Shown here piece by piece: positions 55,422 to 64,000 of a DNA stretch of 64,000 bases (position 1 is its first letter; each line of letters starts with the position of its first letter). Under the pieces are notes generated by a model, which saw nothing but the letters and a program-made list of their open reading frames with translations, ran no database searches and was not told the origin of the DNA. This stretch comes from Patescibacteria group bacterium. GTDB taxonomy: Bacteria; Patescibacteriota; Microgenomatia; UBA8517. A program made the translations under genes and the position numbers. The stretch lies in assembly GCA_038206135.1 (NCBI GenBank), contig JBBRBD010000002.1:2896-66895 (forward strand). Direction: 5' to 3'.

Positions 55422-56262
55422 TTATATCAGAGGAAACAGACTCAAGTTAAAGCTTTCGTTTAATGTTTGAATGTTTCGTAGACTAACACCAAATTCTATT
55501 TCTCTGTTCCTGAACATGTTTACTAGGGGGAGCATAGCGTTTCTTATTATAACCTGATGGTTCTCTATTAAGGACGCAAAGATTGGTGTTGGTTCGGTCT
55601 TCAAAATCACCTTATTTTCGATTACGATTTTCTCGTAAAAAAATCTTAGGTAGTGTCGCTTCATAAACATTGGTGCTTCTAGGTAAGTCTTGTGGATATT
55701 TCTAGTAAAGGCAAGGACTTCTTCAATCAAATCCATATCTATTCGTGATTTGTTATCTACATCTTGTGCTTGTGCATCGAGGTTTCGAATGGCTTCCTCA
55801 AGCTCTACATGTTTACGTTTATATGTGTCTCGGTCAATCGTACCATCAAGCAATCTGTCTTCAAGCTGATTTCTTTTAGCCTCAAAGCCTGTTTTTTGGT
55901 TTAGTTGAAGGTCTTCTTCCAGAGAACTCTTGGTATTCGGGCTCTTCTTGTATCTCTGCAAAGTAGTCGTCAAAAGCGGAGAATAGTTCTAAATGATAGT
56001 ATCCATCGTCAATTTGCTCATAGGGGTCAAGTTCAACATATATAATGCTTTGTATTCTGTTTCCTACCTTAAGAATTTTGAAAACTTTCTCGTCATATTG
56101 AAGCTTCTTAAATATGTTATCTAATTCGAGCCCGTTGTAATTGTTATTAAGGTCATGCGTTGCGTGTATTTTTACAGGCTCACCTGTGGGCGTGATAGTC
56201 CTCGCATCATCAATACGATTTAACAGAAAGTATATTTTTTCTTTGCCGCTCATCATTGTCAT
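55422..56262 (-). pseudogene. Frameshifted gene (two overlapping ORFs, 55882..56262 and 55422..55973). The C-terminal part resembles the coiled-coil/C-terminal region of large serine recombinases. Its 3' end runs through repeat copy B.
   Basis: About 90-nt overlap of two same-strand ORFs in different frames. RNQLEDRLLDGTIDRDTYKRKHVELEEAIRNLDAQ…KRHYLRFFYEKIVIENKVILKT resembles serine-recombinase C-terminal segments. No catalytic Ser-domain seen. Confidence 0.3.
55501..55533 (+). repeat. tRNA-3'-half-like repeat copy B. Candidate att-site remnant.
   Basis: Identical 33-mer to copy A. Followed by CATAGCGTTTC, which matches the tRNA-Asn downstream flank (TATAGCGTTGAC) with a 9-nt deletion. Confidence 0.6.
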
Positions 56263-56309
56263 TACATTTTTAACTTTAGTTATCGTATTTTAACAAATAA
56301 CTTCATGCT

Positions 56310-57617
56310 TTGAGTTTGACATTTAAAACTTGTATCGCTATTATTGGCTTTATTGAAAAAGTAATGAAAACTAAATTGTTAATTGACATAGGCTCTTCTA
56401 CTGTAAAGGTCTACAAACAGACCCCTGCCTCTCTCTCTCTCCTTTTGGCCCGCTCAATCCCTTTTAAGACAGATTTTGACCCAATAAAAGGTATCGCTGA
56501 GTCTGCAAAGAAAGAACTGTATGAATTGATTACTGAGGTGAAAGAGAAGAACCCTAATACATCTATCAAAATTTTTGCTACTGCTTTATACAGAAAACTT
56601 GAACCAGAAACCAGAAAGTCATTTGTTGACGAGTTCTTTATGAGAACAGGACTACACTTCAATATCATTTCTCAGGAATTGGAAAGCTTTTATTTGCAGA
56701 TAGCCCTTGTCGGTAAATACAACGCAGACAAACCCATTCTCCTAATAAACATTGGAGGTGGTTCTACTGAGCTTGTTGTAATATATGGCAAAGAAGCAAT
56801 AGAAACAAAGAATGTGGATTTAGGTGTAGGAACAGTATTAACCGAATTTTCAAATATAAATGACCCCAAATCTGGCGTTTCACTTGATAACGTGAAGAAA
56901 TTTGTGTCAGAGAAACTTCCTTCTTTAGAAAACAAGGTTGAAACAGCACTCTACTCGGGAGGTGAGCTGGATTATATGCAACTTGCGAAATATAAACTTA
57001 ATACAAATAAGCTATTTAAAGATGCTGACCACCCCTCATTGATTTCTTTAAAAGATTTTTCATCTAAAAACGAAGAAGTGTTTGATAAAATTACACTGAA
57101 AGAATTGGAGGAGCTAATGCCTGACAATCCTTCTTGGATGCATGGAGCAAGAGCTTGCAGTGCCCTAGCGCAAGCTATTTGCGAAAAATATGGAATTGAA
57201 ACAATCGTCCCTTCAAACTCAAATCTGGTAAACGGTGCGGCAAGACAGGAATTTAGACACGTTACTTTAAGCGGAAGCTTCAGAAAGCACTTGGACTATA
57301 TCCTTAAAGTTAGAAAAACTCTTGTGGATAATGGAGTTGAAGTTTTGAGTCCAAGATTTACTGAACCTAAGAATCCAGGCGAAGAATTTGTTGTGTTCTC
57401 TGGAGAAGAAGGAATGAAGCCACTTGAATTGGAAAGACACCATCTTGATTCAATTGATAAAAGTGATGCTCTAATTATTTGCGACCCAGAAGGATATGTA
57501 GGAGCATCTGCTTTAATTGAGATTGGGTATGCTCAGGCTTTATGTAAAAAAATTGTGTTTGCAGAAAAGCCTGAAGAGTTCATGCTTAATACGCTACCTG
57601 CTGAATTTGGCATTTGA
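56310..57617 (+). CDS. Two-domain protein: N-terminal Ppx/GppA-like (ASKHA) phosphatase domain plus C-terminal nucleoside-2-deoxyribosyltransferase-like Rossmann domain
   Basis: LLIDIGSSTVKVY resembles the Ppx/GppA N-terminal DlGSNs motif. C-terminal IICDPEGYVGASALIEIGYAQALCKKIVF resembles NDT/LOG-like folds. Confidence 0.45.
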   Translation: MSLTFKTCIAIIGFIEKVMKTKLLIDIGSSTVKVYKQTPASLSLLLARSIPFKTDFDPIKGIAESAKKELYELITEVKEKNPNTSIKIFATALYRKLEPETRKSFVDEFFMRTGLHFNIISQELESFYLQIALVGKYNADKPILLINIGGGSTELVVIYGKEAIETKNVDLGVGTVLTEFSNINDPKSGVSLDNVKKFVSEKLPSLENKVETALYSGGELDYMQLAKYKLNTNKLFKDADHPSLISLKDFSSKNEEVFDKITLKELEELMPDNPSWMHGARACSALAQAICEKYGIETIVPSNSNLVNGAARQEFRHVTLSGSFRKHLDYILKVRKTLVDNGVEVLSPRFTEPKNPGEEFVVFSGEEGMKPLELERHHLDSIDKSDALIICDPEGYVGASALIEIGYAQALCKKIVFAEKPEEFMLNTLPAEFGI

Positions 57618-58267
57618 TAACAATGCCAGAGCGAGAGAAAATGCCCGAACATCTTCAATTACTTTCTGAAAGATTTTATCTTCAAGACTCATTGACAGTT
57701 GCTCCTGCGCTTGTCGGTTGTATTATTGAAACTAATAAAGACGGGGTGTCTGTTTTAGGGAGAATAACAGAAACTGAAGCATACCCCTCGTATGATGCCG
57801 CGTCTCACGCATTTCAAAGCAAACGGACTCCAAGAACTGAAATTCAATTTGGTAAAGGCGGTAGTTTATATGTCTATCAAATAATGGGTTTGCACCTAAT
57901 GACATCAATCGTTGTCGGACAAGAAGAAGTTGCAGATGTGGTATTTATCCGTTCAATAGAGCCGCTTTCAGGCATTGAAGCAATGAAGAGAAGGCGAGGC
58001 TATTTAGGCGAGAATATCAGGCGAATAGCTTCAGGTCCAGGGATGCTTTCTGTTGCTTTGGGTATAACTAAAGATGACAATGCCGTTGCAATTTATGGTG
58101 AAGTCTCTCCTGTAAGAGTTTACAAAGATATTTCTTATGCAGGCAAGGTAGGAAGTGGTATGAGAATTAATCTTGGAGTGCATGGGGTTACTGACGAGGA
58201 AGCCAAACAGGCGATAGAACAGCCTTGGAGGTTTTTTGATGAGACATCTGAGTTTCTGAGCAAATAA
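57614..58267 (+). CDS. 3-methyladenine DNA glycosylase (AAG/MPG family)
   Basis: APALVGCII…GRITETEAYPSYDAASHAFQSKRTPRTEIQFGKGGSLYVYQIMGLH…IRSIEPLSGIE…GPGMLSVALGI matches Pur_DNA_glyco conserved blocks. Confidence 0.8.
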   Translation: MITMPEREKMPEHLQLLSERFYLQDSLTVAPALVGCIIETNKDGVSVLGRITETEAYPSYDAASHAFQSKRTPRTEIQFGKGGSLYVYQIMGLHLMTSIVVGQEEVADVVFIRSIEPLSGIEAMKRRRGYLGENIRRIASGPGMLSVALGITKDDNAVAIYGEVSPVRVYKDISYAGKVGSGMRINLGVHGVTDEEAKQAIEQPWRFFDETSEFLSK

Positions 58268-58348
58268 TTATTTTATGTTATACCTAGGGGATGCTGTGGA
58301 AATTCTGAGGATAGTATTTTCAATTCTTGTAAACCAAAGCTGAGTTCT

Positions 58349-58409
58349 ATCTCTTGGTTGCAGAACAAGTCCTTTAGGGGGAGCTAAAGTCCCATAGCTT
58401 TGACAAATT
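58349..58409 (+). repeat. tRNA-Asn-3'-end-like repeat copy D (…TTAGGGGGAGCTAAAGTCCCATAGCTTTGAC)
   Basis: Matches the tRNA-Asn 3' end plus 21 nt of its downstream flank (CGGGGGAGCTAAAGACCTATAGCGTTGAC at 45913-45941) with few mismatches. Confidence 0.6.
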
Positions 58410-58473
58410 GCTTCTTTTAGGCTAGAATACTAGTCAGAAATTGTCATTATCCGTTTTAGTTTGGAGGTAGAAA

Positions 58474-58776
58474 ATGACTGCACAACAAAAGCCTATTGAA
58501 GGTCTGAAGTTGATTTGCCACAACGCTCGTGGAGTGAATGAGCCGGACGATACGTCGTTTCCCTACAAGTTGGAAGTGAGTCTGCGTCCGCCTGAGTTCA
58601 TGATAATCGCATTTTTCGGCCTGTACGGCGGCAGTGAAGAGCTTGTTGTTCGAGGGATGACCAAGGAAGGATTGGAGCAATGCATTGAAGAGAACGGCTT
58701 CAAGACTCATCCTCGTCTTCGGACACTGAGGGTAACTGGCCCAGAAGGAGAAGTCATCCTTTCTATTACAAAATAG
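58474..58776 (+). CDS. Hypothetical protein (100 aa)
   Basis: ORF flanked by repeat copies D and C. Confidence 0.4.
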   Translation: MTAQQKPIEGLKLICHNARGVNEPDDTSFPYKLEVSLRPPEFMIIAFFGLYGGSEELVVRGMTKEGLEQCIEENGFKTHPRLRTLRVTGPEGEVILSITK

Positions 58777-58925
58777 CGGCTGCACCCAATCTGCGAAACC
58801 TCTCCGATTCATTTGATTCAGGGGAGGTTTTTATTGGTCAAAAAAAGTAATTCACTTCAAGATATTGACATCTCAAATGTTTCAAATAGTGTTTTTATCT
58901 GTGGAAGTTGAATACCAATCTCTAT

Positions 58926-58975
58926 TTGTCTGTTCCTGAACATGTTTACCAAGGGGAGCTAAAGACCCATAGCTT
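58926..58975 (+). repeat. Repeat copy C (TGTCTGTTCCTGAACATGTTTACCAAGGGGAGCTAAAGACCCATAGCTTG). Chimeric form that joins the A/B core to the tRNA-Asn flank.
   Basis: 5' part matches copies A/B. 3' part matches the tRNA-Asn 3' end plus flank. Confidence 0.6.
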
Positions 58976-59034
58976 GATTTTTGCCGTAAGCCATGTTATT
59001 GTTTTTAAGCGAATTTCTTCATAAGGAGGTTAGG

Positions 59035-59289
59035 ATGTCCGACACTATGAGTGATGCTGATAAGAAATATCAGCAATTAGTCGAAAAGTCTTTTGAAGCC
59101 GCGGGTTTACCAGAGGTTGATGTGAAGGACTTGGAGACAGGTACGTACACAAATGCCCAGATTGGCGAGAAGCTACGTAGCAATCCGTTGAAGCTGGTTC
59201 AGCTTCTAATGCGTCTATCAGTTATTGGAGGCGATGTTGCTTCAAAGCGAAGCATTCTCTCATTTGCTGTTGATATGCCAGAAGACTAA
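59035..59289 (+). CDS. Hypothetical small protein (84 aa)
   Basis: Strong RBS AAGGAGG before the ATG at 59035. Confidence 0.4.
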   Translation: MSDTMSDADKKYQQLVEKSFEAAGLPEVDVKDLETGTYTNAQIGEKLRSNPLKLVQLLMRLSVIGGDVASKRSILSFAVDMPED

Positions 59290-59307
59290 TTTGCTGTGTA
59301 TTAGTTA

Positions 59308-59337
59308 AAAAGGCCTTTCTCTTGGGAAAGGCTTTTA
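59308..59337 (+). terminator. Rho-independent terminator
   Basis: AAAGGCCTTTC tcttgg GAAAGGCTTTT followed by ATT. Confidence 0.5.
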
Positions 59338-59379
59338 TTATGATAATAAATCTCCAATATAACTTTCTTGACTTTTTAT

Positions 59380-59420
59380 AAAATGAGTTCGAAATGTATG
59401 AACTTTGGAAAGCAAGCACC
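59380..59420 (+). repeat. T-arm-like repeat copy F (AAATGAGTTCGAAATGTATGAACTTTGGAAAGC)
   Basis: Paralogous to copy G. Contains a TTCGAA T-loop-like hairpin. Confidence 0.5.
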
Positions 59421-59530
59421 CTGTAGTGTTGATTGTTGCTCTATTTTTTGTCTATGTGAAATAGATCCGTATAGAATTGCAGTTTGTTGCATATTATGAG
59501 ATAATATCACGCATTTTGGTATAGAAAGGG

Positions 59531-59848
59531 ATGATCGTGAAGTCAAGAACAATTCTGTTAGTTTTAATTTCTCTGTTTCTGGGGTTCGGACCTATGACGC
59601 AAAATGTCGTTCCACCTGTGGCGGGGCAGGACTTAGTTCAGACTGCAAACTGTACTCAAACAGTAAAAACAGTACCTGTACAGTTTTCGCCTTATGGCAA
59701 TGAAGGCATGAACGCGTACTTACTTGTATCACCAGCCACATGTAATTTGCCACATTTGTATTGTATTTACATGTTCCAAAATACTGGTGGTGGCCTATCA
59801 TGTGAGATTGTATCTCAATTAGTGGTAGATCAATTCATTACCCAGTGA
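59531..59848 (+). CDS. Small secreted protein (105 aa, signal peptide, 4 Cys)
   Basis: N-terminal hydrophobic leader TILLVLISLFLGFGPMTQN. Confidence 0.4.
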   Translation: MIVKSRTILLVLISLFLGFGPMTQNVVPPVAGQDLVQTANCTQTVKTVPVQFSPYGNEGMNAYLLVSPATCNLPHLYCIYMFQNTGGGLSCEIVSQLVVDQFITQ

Positions 59849-59951
59849 AAATGGTAATCATGTAACAGTGAACGACCTTAAGTGTGAGCAATCCAAAACG
59901 GGATGCTCACACTTTTTTATTGCCCCAATATATAATTTTCTTCAGCTTCCA

Positions 59952-59993
59952 TGAAATGAGTTCGAAGCGCATGAACTTGGGGGAGCTATGCAA
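59952..59993 (+). repeat. T-arm-like repeat copy G (GAAATGAGTTCGAAGCGCATGAACTTGGGGGAGCTATGCAAG)
   Basis: Shares the GAGTTCGAA…GAACTTGG(G)GAGC core with copy F and the GGGGGAGC end with the tRNA-Asn 3' end. Sits immediately upstream of the fic gene. Confidence 0.5.
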
Positions 59994-60068
59994 GTTTGTT
60001 TACATTACTTGACAAGATGTATACAAACAACTATACTTTGTTTACATCTTAAGGGAAGTGTATACAAT

Positions 60069-61220
60069 ATGAAAAACTACACAATAGGCACAAACATCAA
60101 TCAAAAAGAAGGATTTAAAGCGTTTGTGCCAGAAGTTTTTCCTCCAAGAGAGGGTTTTGACTTTAATCCTTTTTTGCTTAAAAAAAATGACGAAGCGACT
60201 CGTCTTTTGGGGAAGTTGGATGGAATTACCAAGCTCCTTCCGGATATGGATTATTTTTTACTTATGTACTTGAGAAAGGACGCCGCATCTTCAAGTCAAA
60301 TTGAAGGAACAATGGCAACAATGGTTGATGCTATAGAAGCAGAGGTCAATGTAAATGAAAATACCCCAGAAGATGTTGATGATATCCTACATTATATTAA
60401 AGCCCTCAATTATGGAATAAAGCGAGTCACTGAAAGTGATTTTCCTATGTCCTTAAGATTTGTCCGCGAACTTCATAATGAATTGATGTTTAAAGCGAGA
60501 GCCACACATTTTTCTGATCCTGGCGAGTTTAGAAGGACCCAGAATTGGATAGGGGGAACAAGACCCGATAATGCTCGGTTTGTACCTCCACCTGTTAATG
60601 AGATGAATAGAGCTTTAGGAGAGCTTGAAGCCTTTATCCAGACCGAGGATACAACTCCGATATCCATTAAGGCAGGATTAATACATGCACAATTTGAGAC
60701 GATCCATCCGTTTTTAGATGGTAATGGGAGAACAGGGAGAATGTTGATAACTTTTTATTTATGGAAGGAAGGTTACTTAGAAAAACCAGTTTTATTTTTG
60801 TCATCTTTTTTCAAAAAACACCAAAAGCTCTACTATGAAAAACTAGCAAACTATCATGAAGGACAAATAGAGGAATGGATGGATTTTTTTCTTGATGGTG
60901 TTATTGAAATTTCAAAGGAGGCCATCGACACCGTTGCAAGGATAACAGATTTAAGAGAAAGAGATATTGTGAAGGTCCAAACCCTTGGTAAACGTGCATC
61001 TGAAAGTGCAACCAAAGTATTGCCGAATTTATACGCACAGCCAGTTGTAAATGTGGCCACTATTCGATCGTGGACGAAGTTTACTCGTGCAGGAGCTCAA
61101 CAAGTGATAGATCGTTTTATAAAGATTGGTATATTATCACCAAAAGATAAAGATAAAAAATATGGACAGTTATATATTTATAGAGAATATTTAGATATTT
61201 TTACAAAAAATGAAAATTAA
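60069..61220 (+). CDS. Fic/Doc-family protein (AMPylator-type Fic domain)
   Basis: HPFLDGNGRTGRMLI is the canonical Fic motif HPFx(D/E)GNGR. Start chosen at the internal ATG to avoid repeat G. Confidence 0.85.
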   Translation: MKNYTIGTNINQKEGFKAFVPEVFPPREGFDFNPFLLKKNDEATRLLGKLDGITKLLPDMDYFLLMYLRKDAASSSQIEGTMATMVDAIEAEVNVNENTPEDVDDILHYIKALNYGIKRVTESDFPMSLRFVRELHNELMFKARATHFSDPGEFRRTQNWIGGTRPDNARFVPPPVNEMNRALGELEAFIQTEDTTPISIKAGLIHAQFETIHPFLDGNGRTGRMLITFYLWKEGYLEKPVLFLSSFFKKHQKLYYEKLANYHEGQIEEWMDFFLDGVIEISKEAIDTVARITDLRERDIVKVQTLGKRASESATKVLPNLYAQPVVNVATIRSWTKFTRAGAQQVIDRFIKIGILSPKDKDKKYGQLYIYREYLDIFTKNEN

Positions 61221-61495
61221 TAAAATTGATTTTCATTTGTGCCCATTATATGGAGCAGAAAGACTAAATACTTAGCAGTTGCTGTGGCTGCTCAAGGTCT
61301 AATTCAGATTGAAATGCCATCTTTGTTGTCTGTTAGAAGTTAAACTAATTTCTTAATTACTTCGTCAACTGCGGGGAGTAATGGGATCGCGGGTGATTCT
61401 TCTTTGTTTTTGATTATAGAGCTGGAAACTAGAACGACTTTTATATATTGTCATTCTCATAGTCGTGAGTATCACCAAAAACTGCTTTCTTTTCT

Positions 61496-63028
61496 TCAGT
61501 GGCATTTAACGGTTTTATCAGTTTCATACCCTTGCAGTACAATTTGTCCCCGATTGTCTTTTACATCGAAAAAACTTTTTAGATTGTGTTCCTGTATCTG
61601 ATCAGGGGAGAGAGCCAAAGCATCCCCAACGAGCACTTCATTTTTACATAAGTCCTGTTTCCAGTTGATGGGTCGCACTTCAACATTTCCAAAACGAACC
61701 TGACCGCTTAAATTGGTATCGCTGTAATAGTTTCCGATAAAAGGGTTTTCTTTTTGATATAACATTGGAGAGTACTGAGACCAAAACAAAATTAAAATAT
61801 CTGGAATACCTCGAGTGTTATCAATAACAAATTGTTTTGATGGGTTCTCCAAAATCACTTTCGTAAGCTGCTGATATCCAGAGTTCCAAGCGGTCGCTCT
61901 TTCTACGGGGAAAAGAATAAAATATGAACGCCAAAGCAACACTGCGGAAAAGATGGCAAGGCTCCCCAATAACATAATTCGCACGCTGGTTCGTAAGTGT
62001 AATAGTATTTTGTCAGTTCCAACTGCTATTACTATTGAATACGGAAGAAGAAGGGGCAGTGCCCGCTGTGTTGAATAACTAACATTAGATAGAGCTGCGG
62101 GAAGAGGCATCACAATCATCAATAGAATTAAATACTGAAAAAATGGCTTTTTCTTGTTTGTGTAAATCGTATATAGACCTGCAAGCCAGGGAATAAACAT
62201 CCATGAATAAAATACTGCAATTTGAGGCACTGATCGTTGAAGATCATAATCTTGGCTATAAAATAAATTGAATGGGGAGAAATATGAAAAGTAATGTTCT
62301 AAAAACTGACTTGGTGGGGTAAAACTATTTTTTACCCAGAATGCTGGAGTAAATATGAAAATAATATTTGGAATTTGAATAATAAGCGCGATAATGATTG
62401 CCTTCGAAAGTTTTTTTAACGGGTGTTTTTTGAAATAGAAAATACTATAAATTATAAGAATTATCAAAGGAGCCAAATACCGTTCTGTAAAACCTGCATA
62501 TGTTGAAAGTGAAAGCAATGTTAACGAAAGTATCGGTTTTTTATAAAACAGAATTCCCAAAGAGAGCAGTGCAAACGCAAATGTTGTTTCATATCCAAGT
62601 CTGGCGTTGAATAGAGTCCAGGGTGACATAAGGAAAAACACTACTGAGATAATCCCCATGTATTTTATTGATAGGATCTGTTCTCTTTTTAAAAACCAGT
62701 AAAGCGCCGTTCCTACAGAAAGCATTGAAAATACAGATGGAAGTCTGATTGCAAATGCGTTCAATCCAAAGATTTTTACAAACAACACTTCTACATATAC
62801 AAATAACCCCGGAGTGTATGAGTTAAAAAACTTGAAATAGATTGGAAGCACTTGTCCATAATGATCTCTAACGGTATTCAACAGTGAATAGGCATCATAA
62901 CCAACCACTGCCTCATCTACATATATCCCAGATGGTACTGAACTTAGATGATATATATACAAGAGAAACCCGGAAATAAGTACAAGTATTATTAAGAGAT
63001 TATTTTTTAAGTATCGATAGAATGCCAT
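61496..63028 (-). CDS. GT-C glycosyltransferase of the GT39/GT83 (PMT/ArnT-like) family
   Basis: 510 aa, about 12 TM helices. First-loop motif GIYVDEAVVGYDAYSLL (DE motif) is typical of PMT/ArnT-type enzymes. Confidence 0.65.
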   Translation of the reverse strand: MAFYRYLKNNLLIILVLISGFLLYIYHLSSVPSGIYVDEAVVGYDAYSLLNTVRDHYGQVLPIYFKFFNSYTPGLFVYVEVLFVKIFGLNAFAIRLPSVFSMLSVGTALYWFLKREQILSIKYMGIISVVFFLMSPWTLFNARLGYETTFAFALLSLGILFYKKPILSLTLLSLSTYAGFTERYLAPLIILIIYSIFYFKKHPLKKLSKAIIIALIIQIPNIIFIFTPAFWVKNSFTPPSQFLEHYFSYFSPFNLFYSQDYDLQRSVPQIAVFYSWMFIPWLAGLYTIYTNKKKPFFQYLILLMIVMPLPAALSNVSYSTQRALPLLLPYSIVIAVGTDKILLHLRTSVRIMLLGSLAIFSAVLLWRSYFILFPVERATAWNSGYQQLTKVILENPSKQFVIDNTRGIPDILILFWSQYSPMLYQKENPFIGNYYSDTNLSGQVRFGNVEVRPINWKQDLCKNEVLVGDALALSPDQIQEHNLKSFFDVKDNRGQIVLQGYETDKTVKCH

Positions 63029-63470
63029 AGATTATAGAAATAATGAGAAATGGATATAGACAATAAAACCCTGAAGGTTGATTTGGTCCAATATACGTTA
63101 AAACAAGAACTGAAATGAAAAGTCCGGTGAAAAGATAGTAATACGAGTTGCGCTTTACCAAAGTGAAGAATCCGATAAATACAAAAGGAATGGTAATTGG
63201 AGGAAGCAACTTGAGATTAAAGATATTAAAAAAATTACTTTCTAATTTGAAGTATAGTCTGCTCTCGGGTCTGTTCTCAATAATGTTTGCAACGTGATAA
63301 TACTGTGGGGGATAGTCATGCATTCGCTGTACTTGTTCAATTCTTTCAATTTCATTTTGAAACAACAGCGAAGGACCTTTATATGAAACAAGTTGTACAA
63401 CGGAGAGAAAGATTGCTAAAAGAGAAAACAAAATTAATATTGGCTTCTTCTCAAGAAACTTAAACTGCAT
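63000..63470 (-). CDS. Hypothetical membrane protein (156 aa) overlapping the start of the GT39-like gene by 29 nt
   Basis: ORF with 3 hydrophobic helices. Confidence 0.35.
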   Translation of the reverse strand: MQFKFLEKKPILILFSLLAIFLSVVQLVSYKGPSLLFQNEIERIEQVQRMHDYPPQYYHVANIIENRPESRLYFKLESNFFNIFNLKLLPPITIPFVFIGFFTLVKRNSYYYLFTGLFISVLVLTYIGPNQPSGFYCLYPFLIISIIYGILSILKK

Positions 63471-64000
63471 TTGTAAAGTATACCCAAAAAAAGGTGTGGA
63501 TATCCCTGATTTGATCTGTCTACTTAATAGTAGATTGAGCTATCCAAATAGGAACCAATGAACTAAAAAAAACGTATTTTCACGGACCAATTTTAAGCGC
63601 CACAGTATGACGAGCGTATGTCATATAAAAAGCACCCTTTTTGAGGCTAAGAGGTCGAAATTTTTAATCTCTATACCTTCTAAAGAAGAGGGGAATAAAC
63701 ATAACACCCCGAGCAGGGGTGTCTAAATAAAACAAACAGAACAACTAACAACAACTTTTAAACAAAATAAATAACTATTGCTCTATCTCTAAATCTAACG
63801 CTTTCTCATTACATACAAAATATAAAAATTCTTAAAATATCAAAAAGTAATACTCTCATAAATCTCTGGATCACTTATCTTTCAAAGAAAAAAAATACAA
63901 ATGATTAATAGAAAAAATCTTGGAGAATACTTACTAAGTGGAACATACTAATAAAAATTGCATTGGGGATAAGTAATTATTTTTGTCTTCGTAACGCTAG

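Noticed and set aside
59988-60068. Extended N-terminus of the Fic gene
   Set aside because: The extension runs through repeat copy G. The internal ATG at 60069 gives the conserved Fic N-terminus.
1-64000. Alternative genetic code (UGA=Gly, code 25), as used by some CPR lineages
   Set aside because: Many long ORFs (650-764 aa) are uninterrupted under the standard code. The conserved proteins (DnaG, RpoD, GalE, ZnuC) read through cleanly without needing UGA reassignment.

Overview
This is an AT-rich bacterial window: it carries a sigma-70 RpoD, DnaG primase, tmRNA plus SmpB and a zur-znuACB operon. The small membrane-heavy gene set is consistent with a reduced-genome, possibly CPR/Patescibacteria-like, organism, but that is inference only. 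Uninterrupted ORFs of 650 to 764 aa support the standard genetic code.

Main blocks, in order:
1. 1-7.3 kb and 13.4-27.5 kb hold a non-canonical type IV secretion-like locus.
   - VirB4 ATPase, a VirB3-like TM protein, a VirB6/TrbL-like polytopic protein and a SpoIID-type peptidoglycan hydrolase.
   - Nine TrbC/VirB2 pilin-domain proteins: six tandem paralogs, one more beside VirB6, and two large Cys-rich secreted proteins with C-terminal pilin domains.
   - A cluster of GT-C-fold glycosyltransferase-like membrane proteins plus an ICMT-family methyltransferase sits between the pilin genes.
   - No VirD4 coupling protein or relaxase is visible in the window.
2. 7.5-13.3 kb, inside that locus, is a plus-strand operon encoding a ubiquitin-like conjugation triad, read directly from motifs.
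   - E2/UBC-like, then JAB/MPN with an exact HxHx7Sx2D JAMM motif, then a minimal ThiF/MoeB-type E1 with two CxxC pairs.
   - A 67-aa acidic, Gly-terminated small protein follows, translationally coupled to E1 and closed by a strong terminator.
   - The operon is flanked by a 2-TM membrane protein and a 764-aa orphan protein.
3. 29.6-45.9 kb is housekeeping.
   - tmRNA (G3:U pair) with smpB, a 5'-deoxyribonucleotidase, pterin-4a-carbinolamine dehydratase and an SRPBCC protein.
   - zur-znuACB with a perfect palindromic operator candidate.
   - A UbiA prenyltransferase, dnaG-rpoD and galE.
   - Eight tRNAs: Ser GCT, TGA, CGA and GGA; Arg CCG; Asn GTT; one that reads as anticodon GCG; and one class-II tRNA that reads as ACT.
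4. 45.9-61.3 kb follows tRNA-Asn and looks like a decaying integration hotspot.
   - At least six degenerate repeats resembling tRNA T-arm plus 3'-end (..GGGGGAGC..) recur.
   - The block holds an archaeal-type SAM synthetase, a class-II aaRS-like protein, peptidase S51, a GT4 glycosyltransferase, a LmbE deacetylase and truncated gene fragments.
   - It also holds an IS630 element with an A8 frameshift site, a frameshifted recombinase-like remnant, 3-methyladenine glycosylase and a Fic protein.
5. 61.5-63.5 kb holds a GT39/ArnT-like glycosyltransferase.

No rRNA and no CRISPR array were found.
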